NCBI RefSeq assembly: GCF_009834535.1
Contig: NC_045696.1
Span: 37,822,001 to 37,886,000 of the forward strand
Origin: Camelus ferus
Lineage: Eukaryota
Direction: 5' to 3'
DNA length: 64,000 nucleotides
Shown: positions 25,946 to 39,690 of the stretch, one piece after another
Numbering within the stretch: position 1 is the stretch's first letter
Layout of the letters: each line of letters opens with the position of its first letter
The notes under the pieces: model-generated
Told to the model about the DNA's origin: nothing
The model's input: only the letters and a program-made list of their open reading frames with translations
The model's database searches: none
Program-made: the position numbers and the translations under genes

Positions 25946-28170
25946 TTGTATCCACTTATCCATATATGTTTCTGCAGCAGGTCCCTCAAAATGCCATTGA
26001 ACACTTCTTTCTGATAGGAGACCTAATAGAGAGATATTAGTGGACTGGACCTCAGTCTTTGCCAATGGCTTTGGTACTTCAATTGATATTCATTGTCACT
26101 ATCATCCACTATTTATTCTTAAAACTGTTTACCTAGCCTTGATTAACTGTGTTCCACAGAAGTGGAAAACCAGGTGCAATGCCCAAAGAATTTCCTTACA
26201 TACTGACTGTCAAGCTCACCCTTTAGTGGGCTATGGTATAACTGCTGGTCATTTTTTAATGTGTATCCATACAATGAAATGGCCCATCTATCAACTAAGT
26301 TCAGGCATTTTTCTGCTTATTCAGGAGGTTATATGGAACTGTCCATCAGTCATAGGTCTGAGTTGAGGGAGAGATACTAGTAAAATCCTTGAGTACCTTG
26401 AAAGTTGTGATTTTTTTGCAAGTGAAAGAAGTACAACAACTTCACATTAACTTTGGAGAGGATGTCCCAGCACATCCCGATTACCCCTATTTCCTAAATA
26501 GTTTTAGAATACGTCATGTTCCTGAATCTTCATGGAGCTTACACCCTACCCTCTGGAATGTAGGTGTCTTACCAAATCTTCCAGCATTCTAGTCATGTCA
26601 TGCTGATAAAACTCAATCAAAATAATACCATCAATGTAATAAATCAATGTGATATTTTGCAATATGCCCAAGGTACCCAGATGACCTCTGAATATATTGT
26701 GAAAGAAAGCAGAAAAACTGACATGACTATAAACCTAAGTCAATATAGCTGTTCATGTCATGTGATTGCATAGTTTCTGACCTTTTTTGATTGAAATAGA
26801 AAAATAACATACTCACTAAATCAATGGCCAAATGTCATGCCCCTGGGCTATGTTAATCTGCTCTAGCAAAAACACTACCTTTGTTTACTCAGCTGTTTTT
26901 GCAATAGTCTACAGCTAAGTTTCATGATTCATTTGGTTTCTATAGGAGTTTAACTACTGAATTACAAGGGGACGCATAGGAGTCTGATTACCACCTCTAT
27001 GTCCTTTAGGTCTGTAAGGTGACACTAATTACCCTATGATCCAGGCATATAATATTATTTTCGCTTATCTACTACCTTGACTGGAGAGAGAGCTAGTTTC
27101 AGAGGTTTTTAGTTTGTTTGTTTTTCCACTTGATCGCTCCTATTCCTTAGATCAAGAATGTAGGGGATGTGTAAACTACCAGCTAAGTCAATTCCCATTA
27201 TATATGTAGGAGTCAGAAAAATGCCCATAGCTGGGTTCAGAAACTATATGTTCACCCAGCATAAGTCAGACCTCAGCTAAGACTTAGTTTATTGTTGGCT
27301 TCTATGTGCTATTACTCTAAGAGAATGGTCATTATGACATGTCAGGTCTCTGGTACTTCCCAATGTTCATAACAATGTTTAGGTATTCCCCATTCCCCAC
27401 TGCAGAGTTACCCAACTGCCATAAGGCCCTTTGAGGAAGTACTGATGGATTTATTCCATGTGTAATTGACTTGGGATTGCGGAGTCCTTCTTGAAAATGG
27501 AGCCACCTCCTCAGCCCATGGATTCTGGGTCTAATCCCATGATCAGGTTTAAAACCTGGATGGAAATCATGAATTTTTATTTGAGTGATTGTCTTCAGGA
27601 TTCTGGTTATCTGTCCTTAATTTTTGTGGTACAGCTATCCATTGACTTACTCCTAGGTGGGAGATGGTTCTATTAACCAACTCCATAACTCTCTATGAGT
27701 CATATTCCCTTGGTCACTACTTGAACCTGGGTAGTTAGTATAATAATTACAATTAACTGGCTTGTGGCAATTAAGTGCTGTAATCTGTTCCTTACTATTA
27801 AGGTCTTAAAATACCCATTTCTATTATGTAAGCTCTGAAATGGCCTTACTGTTGGCTTTGGCCTTACAGAAGAAAACCACCACTGAATTAATAAGAGATG
27901 CTGATGCCATTTTCACCACTATACTTGTTATAAATTTGTTAAATGATGTGTATGTGGTCTGGTCTTTCCCTTAGAACACACTCTTCTGGTGGGTCTTCCA
28001 ACCATACATAGTATATCCATTCTAGTACCTGACATTCCTGGGCCTTATAATCCTTCCATCATTTTTTTCCCTTGAATTTCTAACACTTCAACTTTACTTA
28101 GCATGGAACATTGTTTTTTCCATGTTTAGGGTACCCATCTATTAATGGCTTTGCTGCATCTAATTGATCT
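25946..28170 (-). mobile_element. Decayed ERVL internal region (gag-pro-pol)
   Basis: Minus strand at about 26612-26659 reads QNITLIYYIDGIILIE (ERV-L RT YIDD box), preceded by SAFFHNIFRGHL (cf. SPALCHNIVRRDL); many stops and frameshifts. Confidence 0.8.
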
Positions 28171-29071
28171 GAGGCCAGTGACACACGAAGATCATATACC
28201 CTTCTCAAGAACCATCTATTACTTCATCTTGGAATCTCATTTTAGGAATAAATAATCATACCAGTAATAACATACAATTCGTATATATATATATATGTGC
28301 ATATATGTATGAATTCTATGAAAATATATTTTAATTAACATAAACAGAATGCTTTATATATATATTTGGTGATATGTGTGTGTTACATGTATGGACAATT
28401 ACATATATGAGTGGGTAGACAGAGAATAATTTCTCTCCACAGAATTAGTTGAATTGATGTGAACTTCCATATACTAATTTCTAAGAGTAAAACAATAAAA
28501 TAAATGTCTAGTGGTGGGCATTTGATTTATATTGTTATTTTCCTTTTCTTGAAATAAACTGTTACATTAAGCAGAGTTCTTCTGTTATAAAGGAAATACT
28601 GAATATTTATCTGCCTATGAAAGTGTGGATCGAGAGAGCGATGAATAGAAACCATTGCTATCTATTTAGTCACCAGCATTTTAAGTCAAACGCCTGTGTG
28701 CTAAAATGATAAAGTGTTTGTCACATAAGAAATCCATCATATAAATATAGTTTTGATACAAGTTGGAGCAGGGAAATTATTATGCTGTTGTAAGAAAGAT
28801 TACTATCCAGTAAAACTAGGACCAAATATAAAACTACAAAGTAATAGAATACAAATACATAAGAACATTTTTACCATGCTATTTAATAGATGATATTGAA
28901 AACAAATCTCAATACTAAAAAAAAATCATAATTTGAGGATTTGAGTTTTGGGAGCTGGGAAAGTTTCCAAATTCTTAAAAGAACAAAGACGTTTCATTAA
29001 TAAGAAAAAAACCTCTCCTTTAATAATTGCATATCTTACAACATTATACAAATTTTTATTCAAACTACAAA

Positions 29072-29645
29072 TGTGCATTTTTCTGATTGCTGTTGCTACA
29101 TAATAATTTACCACAAATTATTCACATAAAATAACAGTTTGATTAGCCTCAAACATTTTGTTGATCAAGAATTAGAACATAAAACAGCAGGATGACATCT
29201 CTTTTGTGTAATGTTTGCGGCCTCAGATGGGAATACTCAGTAACTGAATTTGACTCAAACAGCTGGAATTCACCAAAAGGCTAGGGGCTGGAAAATCTGA
29301 GGACAAGGGCTTTTGCTTCCAGATAGACTCCACTTTGGCACATCCACCTCTGGGCTGACAATATTCAGAGTGTGGAGTGTGTGGACTCTCCAGTGGCTTG
29401 GTGTTTCCAGTATGATATCTGTGTTCCATGAGAAAGCTTTCTAAGTGTGATCACTCCAGAAGAACCAGGGAGAAAGATGCATGGTCTTTTCTGACCTTGC
29501 TTTGGATGGAAGTTATCATCAATTCTGCCATACTCTGTTACCTAGAACTACACACTCTTGTCCAGATCCAAGGAGAGAGGCCATCAACCTGATTGCTCAA
29601 GGGAAGGATGCCAAAAAATTTTATGACATTTTTAAAACCTGTCAT
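29072..29645 (-). mobile_element. Old MLT1 LTR
   Basis: ttgctacataataatttaccacaaa; catggtcttttctgacctt; ttctgccatactctgtt; ccagatccaaggagagagg. Confidence 0.7.
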
Positions 29646-32600
29646 ATACAGAGTTAAAATCACAGGTACTGATTTTTGTGATTTCAAGAATTAATCTAAA
29701 TGAATAAAAAGGTATGATTTGATCATTACTGTACACAGTAATACACAGAAAGAAGAATGTATTATCATTTTCACTTGAGAAGAGTTGCTGGGAGATAGAT
29801 GAAAAAAGTCAAATCTTTCAATATACCCCAATATAAATGAATGATTTCATGACTTCAAATAGTACTTACTTCAAACGTAAACAGCATGGCTTTGTTACTT
29901 AACTAAAGTCAACTTAGACACAGCTTTCAGCATTTTGATATTCAAATCATTCTGTTAGTTCCTACGAAATAATATTGTGACATCAAAAAGGTATTAGAAA
30001 TTATCTAATAGTAGCAAAGCCTCTCAGGTCTGACTATAAAAAGATCATCTTTGCTTAATGTTGAACCAATGTACCTTTTACTATATAACATCTAGTTTTA
30101 AATACTCCTACTGATACAAACCACTCTATAACAAAGATAAGGTAAATCCAATATCATCTTCAGAATCATATAAGTTTTGCCAGATATCTGGATTCCATCT
30201 TACAAAAGAAGAAGGCAATAAAAGGGATGGTCATGAGATAAAGCTGAATTTTGTAATTAATGAGTGTTTGTGAGAAATCTCTTTAAGAGATATCAATAGA
30301 ATTAATTAGCAGGTTTCAATTGTCACACTCCCTCTCAAAATCAGCCTAAATACATACTGCATAGTAGGACAGTAGCTCATGAGAAGTAAGAATAGATTTT
30401 TTATAACATAAAATTTTACTATTTTTACATTTCAGAATCATAATGCTTAAAATATTTACTCTTCTATATTTAGGGCACTTTAGAACTTTCAGAGATGATT
30501 CTACCCATGGCTTAAGCTTATCTAATGATGTGGACTCATTAATCAACTAAAAAGAAAAAAATGGAGGGAGTTCTTAAAAAAGATGCTTTCAGCTGTTTTT
30601 ATATTATACAGGAAAAGTAGAATTCATGTGAAAGCAATTTTTTAAATAAAAGTGTCTTAAGGAATTATTAATTATGCAAAGATACATTCAGAAAATAATT
30701 TGAAAGCAATAGACTTAGGCAATGAAACAGTAAACTGCTGTGAATAATAAAGAAAAATGGTGGTTTTATTTGTTGTGTGCTGGGCATAATAAAGCCTCAG
30801 AGTTGCATTAAACACCCTCAGAATTGATATTGATCCAATACAAAAGGCTTTGAACCTCTAACTTTTCCAACAGTCTATACATTATTTTTGACTACAATGG
30901 CATGAACTCTGTGTCAAATCTTTTGTAGAACCAACATTCCTGCTACCTGACTGAGTATAAGTTAGTAGAATGCATAGTTTCTCATTTTATTTTATCTCAA
31001 CTCTTCAACACAAAAACTGACCCAGTGGGTATTTAATCTGTATGTACTGTGACATTCTAAAAAAATAAATCTTATAGTTCTTATACTTCTGCCAAAAGAT
31101 TTAATTTAACATAAAATATAGCATCTAAATCCAATTTAATTCTTTGTGATAATGTCAGTCTATGGTGAAAATAAATATTTTAAGATATACGTAACAAGAT
31201 TTAGTAGACTATTAAATATCCATATATATAACACATTGTTTTAAAAAATATATTGTAATCCATCTGCTATGAATGTGTATAAATGATTTACTATATAACC
31301 ACATTAAAACTGGCCCATGGAAAGTTACCAAAAATAAAAAACTAGTTACAAATAAACAGGAAGCATAGTACAAAATTCCAATATTATAGGTTTGTATTTT
31401 AAAATTAGAGTAAATTTGTATTCAGAATTAAAGAGCATGGCTCAATTATTACAACAGACATATACTCTTATGAAAAATAAAAACTTGTTATAGTATTTGC
31501 TTTTGTTCTTGTCACAATAAGTAAGAAATTATCTAGCATCTTTAAAGTCGATGTGCATATATAAATAGTAATGTAAAAAAAATTTAAGTTTGACAAGGCA
31601 AATAATCAATGGTTCAAAGGATATAAAAGGATATTAATCTGAAATGTATTTTTGCTAGTAACATAAGTATAATAGATATTTTTATAATTTGAAGTACTGT
31701 ATTCTAATATGATACAATTGTAAAAATGGTGATGAAGGAAAGAGAGAGAGAGGGAGAAGGATAGATGTAATAAGGATAAAAAGGTAAGACAACACCAAAG
31801 CTTTGAAAAAACATGTAAATTAATACTTAGAAAATATCTAAAAATATACACAATATTATTTATTAAAGTTACTTCATTTTTTCAACCTTTTTGTATACCC
31901 ATGACACACCCTTTCCACTTGATAGTGTAAGCTACTACATGTTTATATTATATTGCTATACTTCAAATAATCTACTTTACCTTTTGTGATATAAACATAT
32001 GGCTTTTTATGAGTTTATTTTGTGTTTGTTTCAGAAATTTTTTCAGGTTGTTTCATTTCAATTTCTTTGCATTTTTACTATGTTATAGTAAAATATATTA
32101 TAGTAATAATATTCTAGCTGTTTTTAGTGTCTTCCAACAGTTGGAATATCAAGATCTGTGTCTGTACTGTTGTGTTTTTTTTTTTTTCCTTTGCTTCTTC
32201 ATTGGGTTTACATCCATGTGAGTAGTGGCCACCCATTAAAGGTTAGGAGATGATGCACAGAACCATCTGATGAGTCCAGTCCTCACTTCAGAGCAATGGA
32301 AAGAAATGTCTTTGCTCATAAGACTCTCATCGGTGCTCACAATCTTAGGAGTAGAAAGGATTAAGTACATATTTTGGATTAGTTTGGGAAAGCATTCTGT
32401 TCCCGCTTCCTCTGTCTGTACCCTGACTAGAGTCTGAGGCCTCCTGAGTGTCACATGTTTTGACATAACTTGGCTATTCACCTCACTAGGGACTCAGCAC
32501 AGGAGACACAGATGATGGTTAGATGGGAATTGAGAGTGGAGGGTCATAGAGCTGGATACTATCTCCAACCTGCTACTATCTAGTATCTAGAAATCACTCT

Positions 32601-32689
32601 CGGTAGATTAATATTAAATATTGCTTATAAATTATGCTGATTTTATGGTATACAGAAAGAGTTAATTCTATTATACACATGTTAATGAA

Positions 32690-33740
32690 CAAAGGAAAAA
32701 GACAACATATAGAATAAGAGAAAATATTTGCAAATGATGAAGCTGACAGGGGATTAATTTCTAAAAATAAATAAACAGCTCATAGATCTCAATATCAAAT
32801 AACCAAACAACCCAATCAAATAAATGGGCTGAAGACCTAAACTGATATTTCTCCAAAGAAGACATACAGATGGCCAGCAAGCACACGAAAAGATGCTCAG
32901 CATTGCTAATTGTTAGAGAAATGAAAGTCAAAACTACAATAAGGTATCACCTCACACTGGTAAGACTGTTCATCATTAAAATGTCTACAAATAATAGATG
33001 TTTGAGAGGGTGTGGAAAAAAGAGAAACTTCCTACACTGTTGGTAGTAACTTAAATTGGTGCAGCCAATTTAAGAAAAACAGTAAGGAATTTCCTTAAAA
33101 AACGAAAAATATAGTTACCATATGATCCAGCAATCCCATCCCTGGACATATATCCAGAGAAAACTCTCACTCAAAAAGATACATGCACCCCAATGTTCGT
33201 AGAACCACTACTTACAATAGCCAAGACGTGGAAGCAACCTAAATGTCTATCGACAGATGAATGGATAAAGAAGATGTGTGTGTGTGTGGTATAAAACTCA
33301 GCCATAAAAAATTGAAATGATGCCATTTGCAGCAACATGGATGGATCTAGAGATTTTCATATTAGGTGAAGCAAATTAGAGAAAGACATGTATCATATGA
33401 TATCTCTTATATGTGTAATCTAAAAAAATGATACAAATAAACTTATTTACAAAACAGTTTCACAGATATAGAAAACAAACTTATGATTACCAAAGAGGAA
33501 AGGGGGGAGAGATAAAATAGGAGTTTGGCATTAACAGACACTTTACTATATATATAAAATAGATAACCAACAAGTAGTTCAATAGCACAGGGAACTATAG
33601 TCGATATTTTGTAATGACCTGTAATGGAAAAGAATCTGAAAAAGAATAGATGTATGTGTATATATATAACTGAATCACTTTGCTTTATAACTGAAACTGT
33701 ATAGCACAACATTGTAAATCAACTATACTTCAAAAGAAAG
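32690..33740 (+). mobile_element. 5'-truncated L1 (ORF2 C-terminus and 3' UTR)
   Basis: Collinear with 9010-10100 (ttaccatatgatccagcaatccc, acatgcaccccaatgttc, acaacattgtaaatcaactatacttcaa). Confidence 0.93.
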
Positions 33741-34179
33741 TTGTTTGTAATAGGCAGTAGAATATGAAAACAAATTAAAAGCATGTATTATTGCCCTCAA
33801 AATCCTAAATCTTAGGGGGATAGATATAAACATAAATAATTTTATAAGATAAAGATGCCAAGCATGAAATGAAAATGAATTTCTGGAAGAGGCACAAACT
33901 CGGGAGATAAGAGTAGCCTTCAGTGGAAAGACAGTCTTACCTCAAAAGTCTACAGATAAGGATGAAAAGAACATCAATGTGTGTGGAGTATGAACCAAGT
34001 AGAATGAAAGAGATATTCATTCCAAGAAAGCAGCTGTTCAATAATAGTACATAAAATTGGCGGAAAAAACACATGAAAAGTGTACGTAATAAATAGCTCT
34101 ATGAGAATTCTTTTTAGAATATCTGCAGAGGAATGTCAGTTGATAAGCCTTTAACTGTCTCAGAGTAAAATCGGAAAGA

Positions 34180-34370
34180 GAGTGAGCACTTATCGAATAT
34201 CACATGTTAAATAAGTCACTAGGTTATCTGCAGAAACTCAATTTATCCCTCACATCAGCTGAAGGAGACTACTGATATGATTATTCCCATTTTGTTGAAG
34301 AGTAAACTGAGGTGTAAAGAATCTAATCAACTTGGCTAAGGTCAAATTGTTGGTATGAATCCAAGTAACT
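34180..34370 (-). mobile_element. MIR
   Basis: attattcccattttgttgaagagtaaactgagg..aacttggctaaggtca is the antisense MIR core. Confidence 0.75.
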
Positions 34371-37004
34371 ACAAAGTCTGCCAAGTAATTTTAAGGAGTT
34401 AAGTAGGTAAGAAAGTAAATTGATTGCATCCCTCATTTCAGAATGTACATGCTAAGATACCATGATATAATTTATAAAATTGAATCTCTATAACAAAAGA
34501 GTCTTCTTTGAAGCTACAGACTATATCATTAAATGCACATCAAATGCCTTCAAACTGTTATTTTGTAATTCAGTACAAAAATCACAAACATTAAAATTCC
34601 CCTGCACAGTGTGATTAATAGCTATTATTTAATACAGTGCCAGTATTTTTCTGGTGAACAGAGTGGAAATATATAGGACTGTAAACTTCTACTAATTAAC
34701 TCATTATATCCCTTATTTATGTAGCCCCAAAGTATATGAATGGCTCAGAGAATTATAGGTATTCTATTTCATAAATTTCTATTGAGGAGCTTATTCTACA
34801 GAACAATTTAAAATAATAAATAGCTTCAGTGTTTTAGATTTTTGTTGAAGCTACCTAATATTATACAATATAAATAATCCATTTACATCATGCTGATTTA
34901 AAACACAAGTCTCTGACAGAGCATTTATAACTATATAGACTGTTACAGTGTTTTTCTGGCATGCTGTGTAATGTTATACTAATTTAAAAATTTACTTTAA
35001 TTTTATCCCAATGAGATCAGTACATTTTAAGATGTAGAGAAGTCACACTATACTCAAAGATATTTTTAGCCAATTTCTAGCTTTTATACTTATATCTTAA
35101 AAGGTATTGTAATTTTATAAGGCATCTCTGAAAAGTGACAGGGAACATTTTTGCAGGTTGTCAGATTTTTCTCTAAATTTCTGCAGTTTTGAAAAACGTA
35201 ATTTCAGAAGTCTGCAGATAGTATTCAACAGCATCTTCATCTAAAACATTATCTAATGATGGTAATAATGTAAGGAGGGGAATGAAGACTTTAAAAATGA
35301 GTTTAAAACATGACTTGCTAAAATAAAAGTGGTCATCTTTTATCAAGATTACTAGTAGATACATTGTTAGTGAAATGGTTCTTATATTAGTGAACGGCAT
35401 TTATATTATCACATTATTATAGTCTACAATATTTTAAATATGAGGCATTTTGAATTTTTTTAAACTTTTCTTATCATCAAAGTCTCATAATTATTATAGC
35501 ATAACTTTTATTTCCATTTTCAAGACTATGTAACTGACAAGAGGTTGTATCTCTGAGTCACACAGTGTTGGTTTCAACTACCTTTGATTTTGTTTTTGTT
35601 TTAGCAATTGTTTTCTTAAACATTTTATAGCCTCAACATTATTTGCTGTAAATATTGTATCACAGTAAATATGTTTGTTCTAAATATCATCTGGGTCTCT
35701 CCACATTTATATATTTTAAAATTTATATCATAGTCTTAATTCTTCATAGAAGTTTAATTTTCTAGTACAATGTAAAAAGAGCAAACAGTTTTCTTTACCT
35801 TCAGGGACATTCATTTTCTGAGAAAGTCATCCTCTCATGATTCATTAGCACATTGGGTTTGAAGACTCTCAGTAGTAACTGGAGTTCATATGAGGATATC
35901 TTTAACAATTTACATTTACTGTGGGACAGAATTTATTCCTTACTCATAATGACCAAATAATTACAGTGCTGTCAAATTATAACTAAACATTAATGTCATA
36001 ATTCCAAAACTGTGAAGTTTAGTATAAAGGACTAACCACATAGAAAAAAAAAAAAATGACTGATGTCCTTATTTACAAAAGATGTGTATTTTTAAATTGC
36101 AGTGAAAAAGATAGGTCTGAGGCCCTTCATTATAAAGACAAAGGATAAATACTGATTTGAGTTCAGTGGGTATGGGGATGGTCAGTGGGTGAAACCAAAC
36201 TAAATTCTTGGAGAATGGAATAGGTATGTTTTCCATATGCTTTCCTCAAAGAAGAAGAATTAAGGAGATCACTGAGGAAGGAGCAGAAGAGAGTATGGAC
36301 AAGTACAAATTGGAAAAGAAGTAAGTCATGTGAAGAAATAAATACTTGAAATGCATTTTTTATAATCATGAGAGTTTAACCTGTGCAGATATTTGTTTGA
36401 TGTCAGGATTGTCACAGACCAATTGAGATTTAAAAAAGCAGAAATACTGGGGGCTTTTGTGTAGTAAGGAGAGGTGAGAATGGCCTGACCGTTGGTTAGA
36501 GATTTGATTTGCAGGAGAACAGAGGGGCAGAAGACTCCATGAGAAAGAGAAATCTGGGTCTGTTCCTACGCAACGGGCAGAGCTGCGATGACTGTGCAGC
36601 CTCCTGATGACTGAATATTAAGGCCAAATTTAAGAGATATAATGAATGTCCTGGAGACCAAGCATGGTGTGTAGTAGGTGGATTCTAACAATAGAGTATT
36701 GCCCACCTTACTGGATCAGTCAAGTTTAGGTAGCAGTGGCTACAAATATACCAGAGCCCTGTCTTCAATATTTTTTCACAGGTCCTCAGTTTCTTCTGAA
36801 ATTCCTGGGGTTAGTGCCCATATAAAATGACTGAGATTGGAATACCAAAATCAAAACTGCCGGAATCAAATTTTATTTTATTTAGAAATATTAACACTGT
36901 GATCTTTTACCCTACCTTCACGGAGCAACTGAAACATACTTCAAAAATATAAATGGCCAAGGATTTAATGTGTTTATCATAAAAAGTAAAATCGTAACTC
37001 CCCA

Positions 37005-37240
37005 TGTAAGGGCTCACCTGATTACAGCAGGCCCACCCACAGAAAGTTCCTTTTGATTAACTCAAAGTCAATGATAAAGGAAAGTTAATCACATCTGCAA
37101 GTATCTTTGGCCATTTAACTTAAACAAACCATGGATGTGCTATTCCATTATATTCACAAGCCCCATCCACATTCAAGGAGAGGGGATGCATATCTGAGAG
37201 CAGGAACTTTGAGAGCCACTTTAGAATTCTGCACACCCCA
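37005..37240 (-). mobile_element. MLT1F/G-like LTR fragment
   Basis: gggctcacctgatta..ggcccaccca..tgattaactcaaagtcaa..ttaatcacatctgcaa..ttagaattctgc. Confidence 0.7.
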
Positions 37241-37284
37241 ATGAGAATTATGAAATGTGAGCCAGTTTGTTTTTTAAGAGATTG

Positions 37285-37840
37285 TTTCTGAGTATATTAG
37301 GGTATATTTAGAAAAATAGCACCATGAACAGATGGGAAATTTTTAAATAAGAAACTAGTTCCAAGTTTGTTGGCAGAGATGAAAAAGAAACAGGTGAAGT
37401 AAATATAACAGGAAGCTGCTATCAACTTTAAGTCTGGATGGGCAGAGGGAGCAAATGGTACTGGCGCACAGTACGGTGAGACAGCTCCAGAAACAAGTCC
37501 TGATGTGGAGAGGCATCAGGCAGGAGCTGGCCTGTGAAGAAAGAGTCACAAGTCTGGAGCTAGAGCTGAGGGTTCTCAAGAAAGTGTAGAAGCTTAGACC
37601 ACCAAGAAAAGCTACACATACATTATTTGGGACTACAGAGAGAACAAAGTCCTCTGGCCTCTCTTCCTCTCTCCTGCCAAATTCTCTTCACTGACTTCTA
37701 TTCACTGAAGCCAATCAGAAGCCAGGATACAAGGACTTCTGGTAAATGTAGCAGGTGGAAGTCACCCCACTACTACAGAGTGTAGAGCAGGAAAAAGGAA
37801 ATGGGGAATCTGAGGGCAAACAGACAAATGGCAGTCATAC
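37285..37840 (-). mobile_element. Old ERVL-class LTR (family uncertain)
   Basis: gccaatcagaagccagg..aagg, ggaatctgagggcaaacag resemble antisense old ERVL LTRs. Confidence 0.5.
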
Positions 37841-38824
37841 TGGGATATAGGTCCACTGGGAAAGTCTATTGAAGTTATGCAAAATGAGGTAGGTGAAGAT
37901 GGACAATATTTTTTTAACAGTGAGTGATTTTAGTAGATATTAAAGGGCTGAATATATGTATCTATGTATACATGTATTACATATATGTTCATGTATACAT
38001 ACATATCTTCTATATACAATTGTAAATATAAAATTTGGGAAAATATTTTAGAAAATAATATAAGAGAGCTACAAGTAGAGAGATACTAAAATGAAGAAAG
38101 AATGTCAATTCCAGCAAAGATGCTGGCCCCTGACGTTGTGCGATTGACTAAGAACTTGATTAGCCAAGCGTAGTCATGGTTATGCCTGCTGCCCCGTCAC
38201 TCTCAAGAACTTCTCTGGTTTAGACAAATTGTATGTGAACTTATCTAGAAAAGAAAATGAACCAACTTGAGTGAAATAAATTATCAGAATCTTACTTACA
38301 AGTTCCTGAAAGGAATAGGGAAATAACAGATGAAAAGTAAATACTGGAGGCATAACTCAGTAGTGCAGAAGAAAATCTGACATTTTCAAAAATGCTGTCC
38401 AAGGCTCAGGACCACTAAATGTTCCAGGCAGCATTCTCATGATCATACAATCTTAAGCATTGTTTCTAGCCAGGTTCTCAGGGACCCAAACTTCAGAAAC
38501 TTTAACAACAGCTGAATTTCAGCCATCTGCTGAGGCTGATTTCATAGCAGGAGGGACCTTGGATATCAGGGCTAAGTTAGTCCTAGAGAAACAAATTCTC
38601 AGACCTAAGCAATTCCAGACAGGGAGTGAAAACCTAAGAAATTCTTTCTCTCAAGAGAGTCTAGACTCTGTCTAGAACATCAGGGTTCAATGAACAACAT
38701 GAAAGAGAATACAGAAATTAAGAGGTCTGAATATGCTATATCAAAAGTAAAAGCACCTCAAAAATGGTCCAGTAACTTGGGCTATCACAACTGCAAACCT
38801 TTAAACTTTGCAAGATGTCAAGAA

Positions 38825-39080
38825 TATTTCCCAGCATCTTTCTCTTAGTTTCTGGTGTTTACCAACAACTCTTGGCATCCCTTTGCTTGTAGACTCATCG
38901 TTTCAATTTCTGCCTCCTTTGTCACTTGACTTTCTCCTTGTGTGTCTCTGTGTTTCTTCTCCACTTGTTTGGACACAGTCATATTGGAATTGGGCCCACC
39001 CTGATAAAGAATAACCTCGTCCTAACTTGATAACATCTTCAAGGATCCTATTTCCAAATAAGTTTGTATACACAGGTAAC
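38825..39080 (-). mobile_element. MLT1B/C-like LTR fragment
   Basis: cttggcatccctttgcttgtagac; cagtcatattggaattgggcccaccct; acatcttcaaggatcctatttccaaataag. Confidence 0.8.
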
Positions 39081-39474
39081 TTGTGTATACACAACAGCAT
39101 GGCTGTTGAGAGTTATTTTTTCCTCATTTACAGAATGGTCAAAGAGGTAGGTAAAAATAGATATAGATATATACATTTTAATTCAGTTGAAGAGCATTGC
39201 CTCTCTGTATTTACGTAAAGGCAAAATATCAAATTTTAGCAGAGATGACCACAAAATCTAAATTTTGTATTGTTAAAGACATATTTTGACTATTTGCAGA
39301 TGTTTTAATAGCAGAGCACTCCAACAAGTAAGTTTCTGAAAATAAGTTTCTGACTACAGACAAAATGTAGGAAATGAGGGGAAAAAACATAATTAACTTC
39401 TTCCTCTTCCTTCCCATGTCCCTCGCTCTCTTCCCTGCCTCTCTCTTCTCTCATTAAAGAAAACTATATAAATA

Positions 39475-39690
39475 CAGTTGGTCCTGGACCATCGTGGGGA
39501 TTAGGGTGCTGACACTGCCCGCAGTGAAACTCCATGGTTAACGCTGCAGTTGGCCCTCCACATCAGTGTTTCTGCACTCACAGATTCAACCAATCTCAGA
39601 TCGTGTAGTGTTATAGTACGTATTTATTGAAAAAATCCACATATAGATGGACTCGTGCAATTAAAACCCATGTTGGTCAAGAGTTAAATG
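39475..39690. mobile_element. Tigger2a-like MITE (TcMar)
   Basis: Degenerate TIRs cagttggtcctggacca / tggtcaagagttaaatg, flanking TA...TA, internal gattcaaccaa..gatcgtgtagt. Confidence 0.85.

Noticed and set aside
32605..32682. Possible inverted L1 3' end next to the 32690 L1
   Set aside because: Similarity is weak, and it resembles the extreme 3' end rather than upstream sequence, so it does not fit twin priming; at most an independent short insertion.
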